Below are positions 11,839 through 23,286 of a stretch of 64,000 nt of DNA, piece by piece (position 1 is the first letter of the stretch; each line of letters begins with the position of its first letter). The notes beneath the pieces are model-generated. The model saw only the letters and a list, made by a program, of their open reading frames with translations, did not search any database and was not told the origin of the DNA. The stretch comes from Squalus acanthias. Taxonomy: Eukaryota. A program made the position numbers and the translations under genes. The stretch lies in NCBI GenBank assembly GCA_030390025.1, contig CM059430.1, positions 67,890,001 to 67,954,000 on the forward strand. The letters are read 5' to 3'.

Positions 11839-12548
11839 GGGCCGTAATTTGTGGCCCCTACAGGTGCGTACGAGGTGCGTACGCATCCCGTAAGTGCCGC
11901 GCAAGTTCCGGGTTTAGGCATACGCTGCGCATGTGCGAAGACCCAGAACTTGCAAATCTGCGGGTAAACTTGACAGATCCAACACATCCCAGGGAAAGAT
12001 CATACGCGAGTGCAGGTTTTGGCTATTTGCCCAACTTCTGCACAGCGAATGACCGTGAAATTCTTACGCCGGCCTGCTTTTACCAGCGTAAGAGTTTAAA
12101 AAAACAGAAAAATAAAATTTTATCGTTAATTTATACATTTAAAAACCTGTGAAATTTGGTAAGTTTATTTTTAGGCCCTTTAAAACGTAAATTTATTTTT
12201 CAATAAATTAAATTTTTCTTTAAAATATTTCATTAATGCAATTTTAACTAATTTTAAATATGTGATGGTTTCTTTTTACTTATTTGAAGTGTAGAGGTAT
12301 TTTTTGGGTTTTCACATTATACTTGAATGGGAATCCAATTCTCTCATTCGTTGGGCCGGCCCACGTGATTCCAGGGGTGCCTGCGATCCGGCTGCTCCCA
12401 TGGGATACGTGGGCCTCTTCCCGCGAGTATCAGGAGAGGCCCAGGAGCGCGAGTCTCCGTACGTCCCGGACCACCAGGTAGGCGCGGATTTTATTTCCGG
12501 ATCGGAGGCATTTCCCCGCGGGAAGCCTCGGACCGCAAGTTCAGGGCC
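11839..12548. mobile_element. PIF/Harbinger-type MITE (related subfamily, 8 bp from the previous one)
   Basis: GGGCCGTAATTTG / CAAGTTCAGGGCC ends; same GC-AT-GC layout and shared ccacgtgat motif. Confidence 0.7.
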
Positions 12549-12676
12549 AATATTGCAATTCAGCTTTTCAGTCAACCATCACTACATTTAGAATTTCTTC
12601 CCAGCTTTCGTCCTCAGACGTCTGATGTCCTATGTGTTAAACGCGAGTTCATAGCATATATCTGGCTGGTTAATAT

Positions 12677-12995
12677 TCATAGAATCATAGAATAGTTACA
12701 GGATAAAAGGAGGCCAACGGACCGTCGAGCCCGTGCCGGCTCTCTGCAAGAGCACCTCAGCTAATCCCATTCCCCCGCCCTTTCCCTGTAGACTGACATT
12801 TTTTTTTCCTTCAGGTACTTATCCAATTCCATTTTGAAAGCCAGGATTGAATCTGCATCCTACAACATTTTAAGTGGTGCATCCCAGTACGTAACCACAC
12901 TCTGCATAAAAAGGTTGTCCTCATGTCGCCTTTGGTTCATCTGTCAATCACCTTAAATCTGTGTCCTTTGGTTCTCGACCCTTCCGCCAATGGTT
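12677..12995 (-). mobile_element. CR1 LINE 3' fragment
   Basis: tcatagaatcatagaat tail repeat; reverse complement of the RGHRFKVI C-terminal region. Confidence 0.75.
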
Positions 12996-13925
12996 CCTCA
13001 ATGACCTTCCCTCCAACATAAGGTCAGATGTGTGGATGTTCGCTGATCACTGCAGTTTTCAGTTGGATCCGCAACTCCTCAGATAATGAAGCAACATGAC
13101 CGAATGCAGCAAGACCTGGACGAAATTCATGCTTGGGCTGATAGGTGGCAGGTAACATTTGCACCACACAATCATCTGGCAATGACTATCTCCAACAAGC
13201 GAGCGACTGCCCACCACTCCTTCACATTCAACGACATTACCATTGCCGAATCTTCCACCATCAATATCCTGGGCGTCACCATTGATCAGAAACTTAACTG
13301 GACCAGCCACAAAAATACTGTGGCAACAAGAGCAGGTCAGAGGTTGAGTATTCTGCGGTGAGTGTCTCACCTCCTGACTCCCCAAAGCCTTTCCACCATC
13401 TACAAGGCACAAGTCAGGAGTGTGATGGAATACTCTTCACTTGCCTGGATGGGTGCAGCTCCAACAACACTCAAGGAGCTCAACGCCACCCAAGAAGAAT
13501 GAGCCCACTTGATTGGCACACCATCCACCACTTTAAACATTCACTCCATCCACTTACGGCGTACCGTGGCTGCAGTGTGTAGCATCTACAAGATGCACTG
13601 CAGCAACTCACCAAGGCTTCTTCGGCAGCTCCTCCCAAACCCGCGCCCTCTACCACCTAGAAGGACAAGGGCAGCAGGCGCATGGGAACACCACCAAGTG
13701 CCTCTCCAGTCACACACTGACGTGGAAATATATCACCATTACCTAATTGTCGTTGGTTCAAACTCCTGGAAATACCTCCCTAAAAGCACTGTTGGAATAC
13801 CTTCACCACACGGACTGCAGTGGTTCAAGAAGGTGGCTCACCACCACATTCTCAAGGGCAACTTGGAATGCGCAATAAATGCTGGCCTTGCCAGTGATGC
13901 CCAAATCCCATAAACAAATAACAAA
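12996..13925 (+). mobile_element. L2/CR1-group LINE 3' fragment (RT C-terminus)
   Basis: MFAD...WADRWQVTFAP...ATRAGQRL; same family as 16286-19526 and 39473-40272. Confidence 0.85.
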
Positions 13926-13931
13926 AATTAT

Positions 13932-15790
13932 CCGTTCTCAACCAACTGAAATTGGCCTTCCTCCAATTAACTATTTTTAAACTAGATTGCTCCCTGTACT
14001 TTTCCATAGTTAATCTAAATCTTATGATATTGTGATCACTGATCCCTAAATGTTCCCCTTATGACGCTTGCTCCACTTGACCCTCCTCATTCCCCAGAAT
14101 CACATCAAGCAATGTCTCCCTCCTCGTTGGGCCAGAAACGTCCTGATCAAGAAAGTTCTCCTGAACACATTTCAGAAATTGTTCCCCCTCTTTGCTCTTT
14201 ACACTATTACTATCCCAGTCTACATTATGATAGCTGAAGTTCCGCATTATCACTATTCTACAGTTCTTGCACCTCTCTGTAATTTCGCTGCAAATTGTCC
14301 CCTCTCTATCCTTCCCTCTCGTTGGTGGCCTATAGAATACACCTAGTAGTTTAATGGCACCTCTATTGTTTCTTAACTCTATCCAAATAGATTCTGTCCT
14401 TGACCCCTGCAGGACATCCTCTCTCTCCAGCACTGTAATATTCTCCTTAAACTATACTGTCACCCCACCTCCTTTCTCTCCTTCACTATCTTTGCTGAAC
14501 ACCTTATATCCAGGAATAATTAGTACCCAATCCTGCCCTTTTTTGAGGCAGGTCTCCGTTATCGTCACCACATCATGATCACGTGTGGCTGTTTCAACCT
14601 TCAGCTCACCAGCCTTATTTACCACGCTTCGTGCATTTACACACATGCAATGTAATCCTATCTTAGGCCTTTTTGTATTCTCTCTTAATTTCACCCCACC
14701 TAATACCGTACAATTTTTTCTCTCGGGCTATCTGTCTCTCCCAATCCTTTGAGCATCTTGTTTCTCCTTTCTAATGGCTACATCCTGGTGCCCAACCCCC
14801 TGCCAAATTAGTTTAACCTCCCCCCCCAACAGCACTCACTTCCCCCACCCTGCACCACACACCACCCCCCCCCCGCCCAACCACCCCAGCCCCACGTGGA
14901 TATTGGTCCTGGCTCTGCTGAGGTGCAACCCGTCCAACATTTACAGGTCCCACGTCCCCCAGAACCAGTACCAATGTCCCAGCAATCTAAAGCCCTCCCT
15001 CTTGCACCATCTCTCCAGCCATGCATTCATCTGCTCCATCCTCCTATTTCTGCAGTCACCTGGTCCTGGCAGCGGGAGTAATCCAGAGATTACTACCTTT
15101 GAATTCCTGCTTTTTAATTTATCTCCTAGCTACCTGAAATCTGCCTGCAGGACCTCATTCCTCTTTCTACCTATGTCGTTGACCACGACTTCTGGCTGTC
15201 CCTCCTCCCCCTTCAGAATGTCCTGCAGCCGCTCAGTGACATCCTTGACCCAGGCACCAGGGAGGCATCCTGGAATCATGTCTGCGGCCGCAGAAATGCC
15301 AGTCTGTTCCCCTAATTCTCGAACTCCCTATCATTATTGCTTTCCCGACCTTCCTCCACCCTGTACAGCTGAAACATTAATGGCGCCATGGACTTGGCCC
15401 TGGCTGGACACCCCATTTCCCCAACTAGTTTTCTGGTTAGAGAGTCAGATGCACTCAGGGGACACCTGTACTGCCTGCCTGGTCCCCCTTATCTGACTGG
15501 CAGTCACCTATTTCCTCTCTGCCTGTACACACTTACACTGTGGGGTGAACACCTCCTGAAATGTGCTATCCAAGTAGCTCTCATATTCATGGATGCACCG
15601 CAGTGACGTCAGCTGCTGCTACTCAAGCTCCAAAACCCGGAACTTGAATTCCTCCAGCTCTCGATACTTCCTGCACACGTGGTTGTCCAGGACATGGGAA
15701 GAATCCTGGAGTTCCCACATGGCAGAAGATATGCATTCCATGCGACTGAGGTGCCCTGTCATGCGTCTGTTTAATAGACTATTAACTGAC
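13932..15790 (-). mobile_element. CR1 LINE 5' portion (ORF1 Cys-rich N-terminus, ORF2 APE endonuclease), degenerate
   Basis: MECISSAMWE...HVCRKY; CVNARSVVNKAGEL...ITET; ESIWIEL...GVFYRPP. Confidence 0.85.
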
Positions 15791-16285
15791 GGAATAGAAA
15801 TAAACACAAGACTTAAAAAAAATAATTACCAGCTACTCAGCAATCAGCTGCTTCCCTTGTGCTGACGTCACTTTATTGGTTTCTGCCTCACTCCCTGACG
15901 TCTCACCCGCCTTCCTCCCCACCGAATTCCTGCACTCACCAAATTCTTCCTCTCTGCTTATGATCCACTCCGATTGCTCTGTCACCAAGCTCTGTGCTCA
16001 AGCTCTGTGCTTTTGCAAACTAATGCCTAATATATACCTTTTCAGAGTCAAACAACTTACAACTGCTAAATCAACTTCAATCTCACAGTTTACCACCTAA
16101 TCAAGCAACCACTTACTCTGATTGTATTCACCCAGCTCTGTCTCCAAGCTCTGTGCTGAAGCCGTATTCAAAAAATCTGGCAATGCTCAACATCTGAAAT
16201 GATTTATTACGTTGTGTAGATAGCAGTTCAATAGAGAACGCAGTCGTATATCTTTTGCTTCACGATAAATGTATTAATACAGTAG

Positions 16286-19200
16286 TTTTTTTCAATTGTT
16301 ACAGGATATGGGCGTCGTTGTCAAGGCCAGCATTTATTGCCCATCCCTAATTGCCCTTGAGAAAGTGGTGGTGTGCCGCCTTCTTGAGCCGCTGCAGTCC
16401 GAGTGGTGAATGTACTCCCACAGTGCTGTTAGGGAGGGAGTTCCAGGATTTTGACCCAGCGACAATGAAGAAATGGTGATATATTTCCAAGTCCGGTTGG
16501 TGTGTGACTTTGTGTGGAACTTGGAGGTGATGGTGTTCTCAAACGCCGGCTGCCCTCGTCCTTCTAGGTGATAGGGTTTGCGGGTTTGGGAGGTGCTGTC
16601 GCGAGTTGCTGCAGTGCACCTTGAATATGGTACACACTGCAGCCACGGTGTGCCATTCTTCGAAGGAGTGAATGTTGAAGGTAGTGGATGGGATGCGAAT
16701 CAAGCGGGTTGCTTTGTCTTGGATGGTGTCAAGCTTCTTGAGTGTTGTTGGAGCTGCACTCATCCAAGCAAGTGGAGAGTGTTCCATCACACTCCTGACT
16801 TGTGCCATGTAGATGGTGGAAAGGCTTTGGGTAGTCAGGAGGTGAGAGACACGTGACAGGATACCCACCCTCTGACCTGCTCTTGTAGCCACAGTATTTA
16901 TGTGGCTGGTTCAGTTAAGTTTCTGGTCAACGGTGACCTCCAGGATGTTGATAGTGGGGGGATTTCGCGATGGTAATACTAGTGAATGTGAAGGGGTGGT
17001 GATTAGACTCTCTCTTGTTGGAGATAGCGATTGCCTGGCGCTTAAATGGTGCGAATGTTACTTGCCATTTAGCAGCCCAAGCCTGAATCTCCTCCAGGTC
17101 TTGCTGCTTGCGAACACGGACTGCTTCATTATCTGAGGAGTTGCGAGTGGAACTGATCACTGTGCAATCAGCAGCGAACATCCCCACTTCTGATCTTATG
17201 ATGGAGGGAAGGTCATTGTTGAAGCAGCTGAAGATTTTTGGGCCTAGGATACTGCCCTGAGGACCACCTGCAGCGATGTCCTGGGGATGAGATGATTGGC
17301 CTCTGACAACTATAACCACCTTCCTTTGTGCTAGGTATGAATCTAGCCAGTGGAGAGTTTTCCCCTAATTCGCATTGACTTCAATTTTACTAGGTTCCTT
17401 GATGCCAAACTCGGTCAATGCTGCCTTGATGTCAAGGGCAGTCACTCTCACGTCGGCTCTGGAATTCAGCTCTTTTGTCCATGTTTGGACCAAGGCTGTA
17501 ATGAGGTCTGGAGCCGACTGGTGCTGGTGGAATCCAAACTGAGCGTCGGTGAGCAGGTTATTGGTGAGTAAGTGCGGCTGGATAGCACTGTCGATGACAC
17601 CTTCCATCAATTTGCTGATGATTGGCAGTAGGCTGATGGTGCGTTAATTGGCTGTATTGAATTTGCCCTGCTTTTTGTGGACAGGATATACCTGAGCAGT
17701 TTTCAACTTTGTCGGGTAGATGCGGCTAAATCTGGAGAACAAGTCTTCAGCACAACAGCCGGGATGTTGTCAGTGCCCATAGGCTTTGCTGTATCCAGTG
17801 CTCTCAGAAATCTCTTAATATCATGTAGAGTGAATGGAATTGGCTGAAGACTGGCTTCTGTGATGGTTGGGACCTCAGGAGGAGGCCGAGCTGGATGATC
17901 CACTCGGCACTTATGGCTGAATATGGCGGCAAACACGTCAGCCTTGTATTTTGCACTCACGTGCTGAGCTCCGCCATCACTGAGGATGGGAATGTTTATG
18001 GAGCCTCCTCCTCCCGTTAGTTGGTTAATTGTGCACCACCATTCACGACTGGATGTGGCAGAACTGCAGAGATTTCATCTGCTTCATTGGTTGTGGGATC
18101 GCTCAGCTGTATCTATAGCATGTTGCCTCCGCTGTTTAGCATTCATGTATCCTGTGTTACAGCTTCACCGGGTTGGCACCTCATTTTTAGGTACGCCTGG
18201 TGCTGCTCCGAGCATGCTCTTCTGCACTCCTTATTGAACCAGGGTTGCTCCCCTGGCTTGATGGTAACAGTAGAGTGAGGGATTTGACGGGCCACGAGGT
18301 TACAGATTGTTGTTGAATACAATTCTGCTGCGGCTGATGGCTCACAGCGCCTCACGGATGCCGACTTTTGAGTAGCTATGTCTGTTCTGAATCTATCCCA
18401 TTTACCACAACACGGTGGAGGGTGTCCTCAGTGTGAAGACAGGACTTTGTCTCCATAAGGACTGTGCGGTTTTCACTGCTACCAATGTTGTCATGGACAG
18501 ATGCATCTGCGACAGGTAGATTAGTGAAGACGAGGTCATGTAGGTTTTTCCCTCGAGTTGGTTCTCTCACCACCTGTCGCAGGCCCAGTATGGCAGTTAT
18601 GTCCTTCAGGACTCGGCCAGCTCGGTCAGTAGTGGTGCTACTGAGCCACTCTTGGTGATGGATATTGAAATCCCCCACCCAGAGTACATTCTATGTCCTT
18701 GCTACTCTCAGAGCCTCTTCCAAGTTTTGTTGAACATGAAGGAGTACTGATTCAACAGCTGAAGGAGGGCGGTAGGTATTAATCAGCAGGAGGTTTCCTT
18801 GCCCATGCTTGGCCTGATGTCATGAGACTTCATGGCGTCCGGAATCAATGTTCAGGACTCCCAGGGCCTCTCCCTCCTGAAAGTATACTACTGTGCTGCC
18901 ACCTCTGATGGGTCTGTCCTGCCGGTGGGACAGGACATACCCATGTATGGTGATGGAGGAGTCTGGGACATTGACAGAAAGGTATGATTCTGTGAGCATG
19001 ACTATGTCAGGCTGTAGCTTGACTTGTCTGTGGGACAGCCCTCCCAATCTTGTCACAAAGCCCCAGATGTTGATGAGGAGCACTTTGCAGGTTAGCCGGG
19101 TCTGGGTGTCCCTTTGTCGTGTCCGAAGCCAGTGCCTCAGTCGATGCCGGGTGGTCCATATGGTTTTATTCTTATTATTGTTTTTCATAGCGGATCGGTA

Positions 19201-19526
19201 CAACTGAGTGACTTGCTAGGGCATTTCAGAGGGCAGTTAAGAGTCAACCATATTGCTGTGGGTCTGGAGTCACATAGGCCAGACCAGGTAGGGACAGAAG
19301 ATTTCCTTCCGCAAAGGACACCGGTGAATCAGATGGGTTTTTACAACAATCCGGTAGTTTCATGGTCACCATTACTGATAATAGCTTTTTAAATTCCAGA
19401 TTTATGTAATTAACTTAATTTATATCCCCCAGCTGCCAAGGTGGGATTTGAACTCACATCTCTGAATTATTAGTCCAGGCCTCTGGATTACTAGCCCAGT
19501 AAAATAACGACTTTGCCACCATACCC
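16286..19526 (-). mobile_element. Near-full-length L2/CR1-group LINE (APE-RT) with tRNA-like 5' head, degenerate
   Basis: LTESYL, GDFNIHH, QFGF...ALDIKAA, GPQGSILGP, MFAAD, ATRAGQR fragments in order; the 5' ~340 nt carries A/B-box-like sequence (GAGTTCAAATCCC). Confidence 0.88.
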
Positions 19527-19529
19527 TAA

Positions 19530-20134
19530 TAATAGAGGCATAGAGTGCAAGAGCAAGGAAGTTATGCTAAACCTTTATAAAACACTGTTTAGGCCTCAGC
19601 TGGAGTATTGTGCTCAATTCGGGGCACCACACTTTAGGAAGGATGCCAAGGCCTAAGAGAGGATGCAGAAGAGATTTACGAGAATGGTACCATGGGTCAG
19701 TTATGCGGAGAGACTGCAGATGCTGGGTTTGTTCTCCTTAGAGCAGGGAACGTTAAGAGGAGATTTGATAGAGGTGTTCAAAATCATGAACGGTTTTGTT
19801 ACAGTAAATAAGGATAAATTATTTCCAGTGATAGAAGGGTCGGAAACCAGAGGACACAGATTTAAGGTGATTTGCAAATGAACCACAGGTGAGGTGAGGA
19901 TAATTTCTTCTATGCATAGTTGTTACGATCTGGAATGCACTGCCTGAACAGGTGGTGGAAGCAGATTGAATAGTAACTTTCAAAAGGTAATTGGATAAAT
20001 ACTTGACGGGAAAACTCACAGGGCTATGGTGAAAGTGCAATGGAGTGGAACTAATTGGATAGCTCTACAAACGAGTCGGCACAGGCACGATGGGCCGAAT
20101 GACCTCCTTCTGTGCTGTGTCATACTATGATACT
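19530..20134 (+). mobile_element. CR1 LINE 3' fragment
   Basis: QKRFTRMVP...LGLFSLEQ..LRGDLIEVFKIM...TRGHRFKV followed by the CR1 3' UTR. Confidence 0.88.
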
Positions 20135-21716
20135 GGATTGCGGCGGTAAGCTTTCGGACGTCAGGGTTTCGGGGTGTGCATTTTCCAGATCGGCAATTCT
20201 AGTAAAAAATAATGCCGCTTTAAAAAATAATGAAGCAAAGTTTTAGCTTTAGTACTGTTTCTTTTCCTAAACTACCGAGGAAACGAGAGGCTCTGCAATT
20301 GTCTCGTGGAGAAAGCAGCAATAAGTTAGGCATTTGGAAGTGCAGCGATCCTCACAGAATAATATTATAAATGGATCGGAATATCTGTGTATTTATAATA
20401 GAAATGTCCATTTTGGAGTAGTTGATATCTGAAATCTGCCTTTTTCACGTCGTCAGTTTTAAAATCATTCAGTCTATTGCGAACTGCAAGTAGGTTGATT
20501 GAAGCTCGGAATGGTGGCATGTGATTACAAATAGTTAAAAGGGGCTGGGATTCCAAACGGTGTCGGATAAATGTGGTTTTGAAAAAGATGTGAGGCTTTA
20601 CACTGACGCTAGAAATGTCTTTGAAATAACGGCCATGATAACTGAGTAGCCATTCCAATTATTTAATTAATTAAATTACATTAATTCCCAGGAAAGTCTC
20701 ACGGGACCTGTCGGTAACTAACGCGGTTCCATCTTTATCCAGGCAGAGGGATCAAATGTGAAAACATTTATTTTACAGTGACGAGGTCTTATCATAATTA
20801 TGTCAGGATACTTTCTAAATCTATTTCATAAAAGCATTTGTCCCTCTTTAGCGATTCAAATCGCACTTCGGAAAAAAATATGTGCCGCCGGGTGCATTGT
20901 TGCTGCTGATAGCTAAAAAGTACAAAATCTAAATTACGTTTGTTAAAATTGTACCGAGCTAATACCTAGATAAGAACTATTTAATGGTTCGTCAAATCTT
21001 GTATGTGGAATATAACTTCATGTAAATATGTTTTAATTTTCTCGCTCATTTAAACACATTTATAACACGGTATATGCAGTGTGAACTTTGACAGTTTGCA
21101 ATATCAGTTACACTGGCCGCACTCATTAACAACCTTGACTTTCACACCTATTGAAATGTATCAACTATGGTTTCTGCACTTTAGTTGTAGCCCCGTCATT
21201 CAGATCAATGTTTGCCCAGAATTATGTAGTCTGGTGCAGACAGTGAATCAACCACATAACACAATGCTTTCATTACAGCCCATGCAGGGAGCAGCACAAA
21301 GCATTCAATTCGATCAGACTAAGCCAAGCTCCAAGACCTAAGATGAGGAGACGAAATGTGTACGTTTAAGCAGGACCGAGAATCAAACGCAGAGCATCCG
21401 TGCGGCGTTAACATTTAAGCGCGATACCGGACTATTTCGACTAGTGCTGACTTTGACCGTGTATTGCATATGAGGCTGATGGATGCTTTGAGCAGCAATC
21501 CACAAACTAGTAAAACAATCAAATAATAATATTTCCAAACTGTGGCTTCACAACGAAGATCAGGAGAAGTCGAAGTACGCGAATCTAGAATTGACTGTCT
21601 CCGAAAATACAGGGATACCTAAAAATAACAGAAGAAGCACAGAATAGTCAGAGCTACAGACGAAAATCGAAAGACAAGTAATAGAGGACGTCTACAGAGA
21701 AGCAAGAATCAAATAG
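20135..21716 (+). pseudogene. 3' remnant of a gene A paralogue (TM donor, exons 5-7 and introns)
   Basis: Colinear with the reverse complement of gene A 3300->1518, including introns (gtgctgactttgaccgtgt; tgctttgagcagca). Exon 6 copy PMQGAAQS... has a stop; exon 7 copy has acceptor AG->AA and TEY->TE*, and ends DVYREARIK*. Confidence 0.88.
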
Positions 21717-23286
21717 CGGGTACAATTTTAGATGCAGAAACCATTTTATCCAGATTTATATTGATCGTACTGCACTATCATATCTGCATGTTATGTAATT
21801 ATAATATTACCATCTGGAGGATAGAGTGTACCTGTAGGATTCAGTAAACATTATCAAGATTCTATAACCATTTTTACATAACTATAATATGTGAAATTGT
21901 ATGTTCAAAACCTAAAAAGCCTGTATAAAATGGCGAATGGCTGAGCTCAAAGCATGATGGGAAAATTATGCCAACCTGACTATAAACCTCTGTTTTAAAT
22001 TACTCAAATAATGGAATGTAGTACTAAGTAAACACGGAGGCTGTCAGGGACATGGAGTTCGGTAATATAATGGAAAAGTGATTGGAGTTGGTGCCTTCAG
22101 TTTAGAAACAGCAGAATAGACAAACTGTTTAGAAAACACCTCAAGAAGTGAAGTTCTAAGATATGGGTATTTTGTTATGCACAGGAATAGGCGTGATGGA
22201 ACTAACGAGGTCATAAGATAATTGACTAGAAAAGGGGAGGGAATCATAGACCGTACTTGAGAAGGTCAGAATGGTGAGATAGCCCAAGCAGCTGCAAGTT
22301 GCTATGTATTTTTAAAGAAAGAAAAGGTATAAAGGAACAGCTATTAAACACTGGAAGCAGCGCGAAACCATAGGATGAGAAGCTTCAGTCAACATAATAC
22401 AGCAAGGGAATAAAGATACCGCGCCACAGTCACTCGGAAGGAACGCCGGGGTTCAATGAACAGACTGCGACTATCTTCTTGTTAAGTATTACTTCTTTGT
22501 ACCTGATGTTTAATGCTTAGTAAACCTGTTTTACTTATACACAATATACCTGTACCCAGGCAATTTATTATAAAGAGCTTTTGAAAGCTACAGATTCCCC
22601 TTCACACCCATCTGTCGCCTCGCCCATTTTAGCATTAGCAGTTATTACTTTTTTAAGCATTTATGAATTTTCGATTAGCAAAACAAATTTTATACACATG
22701 AAATTTTGATATTTTTTCTCTGTACCCGTTATCAGGACAAATGAAATGATAATCACATAAAGTGGCTATCGTTTAAATTTATCCACTCAATTGGCTTCTG
22801 TGTCTTTTGAAAAAATCCTTAAAGTCTTTGTTTCAAGGTCTCAACCTGTCTCAAAAGCTTAGACTTCAACTGGATATTTCTTTAGCGTTCAACCGCATCT
22901 GTGCATTCCCAGTTTCTGTAGTTTACATATTTTTACAGCATGCAGTTTGTGTATTTGGAGCATGCCCAGTTTACAGAATGTCCCAACATACTGCCTGTAC
23001 ATCAATAGGAATTGAAGAGTAGAGGATATGTCCCTTGAGTCCTAAGTGTTTGAGAATTGCGTTGATTATTCCAAAAGACTGAAATAAATTTGAGATTGAA
23101 TTCTCAAATATTTATTTCATGAAAGTGATGACATTTATTATGAGATGTTGTTCTCTGTTGTGAACTGCTTAGACAACACAAGTGAGGGACAGACCACTTC
23201 AGTAGCAACATTGTGACTGTAGTTTCCACAAGTAAAATGTTATGCTTATTAAATTCAGTGGCCGTTCTCCTTATCGGCCATAACTT

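Noticed and set aside
14774-15496. 240-aa Pro/Ser-rich ORF
   Set aside because: Antisense shadow of CR1 ORF1.
19420-19526. tRNA gene
   Set aside because: Only A/B-box-like remnants, no cloverleaf; part of a retroelement head.
20189-20325. Apparent Lys-containing TM exon (KVLALVLFLFLNYR) suggesting an activating paralogue
   Set aside because: Stops follow the acceptor, and downstream sequence aligns to gene A intron 4, placing the real TM donor upstream at 20146; this stretch is intronic.
20743-20785. Candidate 44-nt exon homologue after ttatccag
   Set aside because: It aligns to the start of gene A intron 5; the true exon 5 homologue begins at 20692.
21955-22562. Possible solo LTR (TG...CA, AGTAAA)
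   Set aside because: No TSD or second copy seen; boundaries not supportable.
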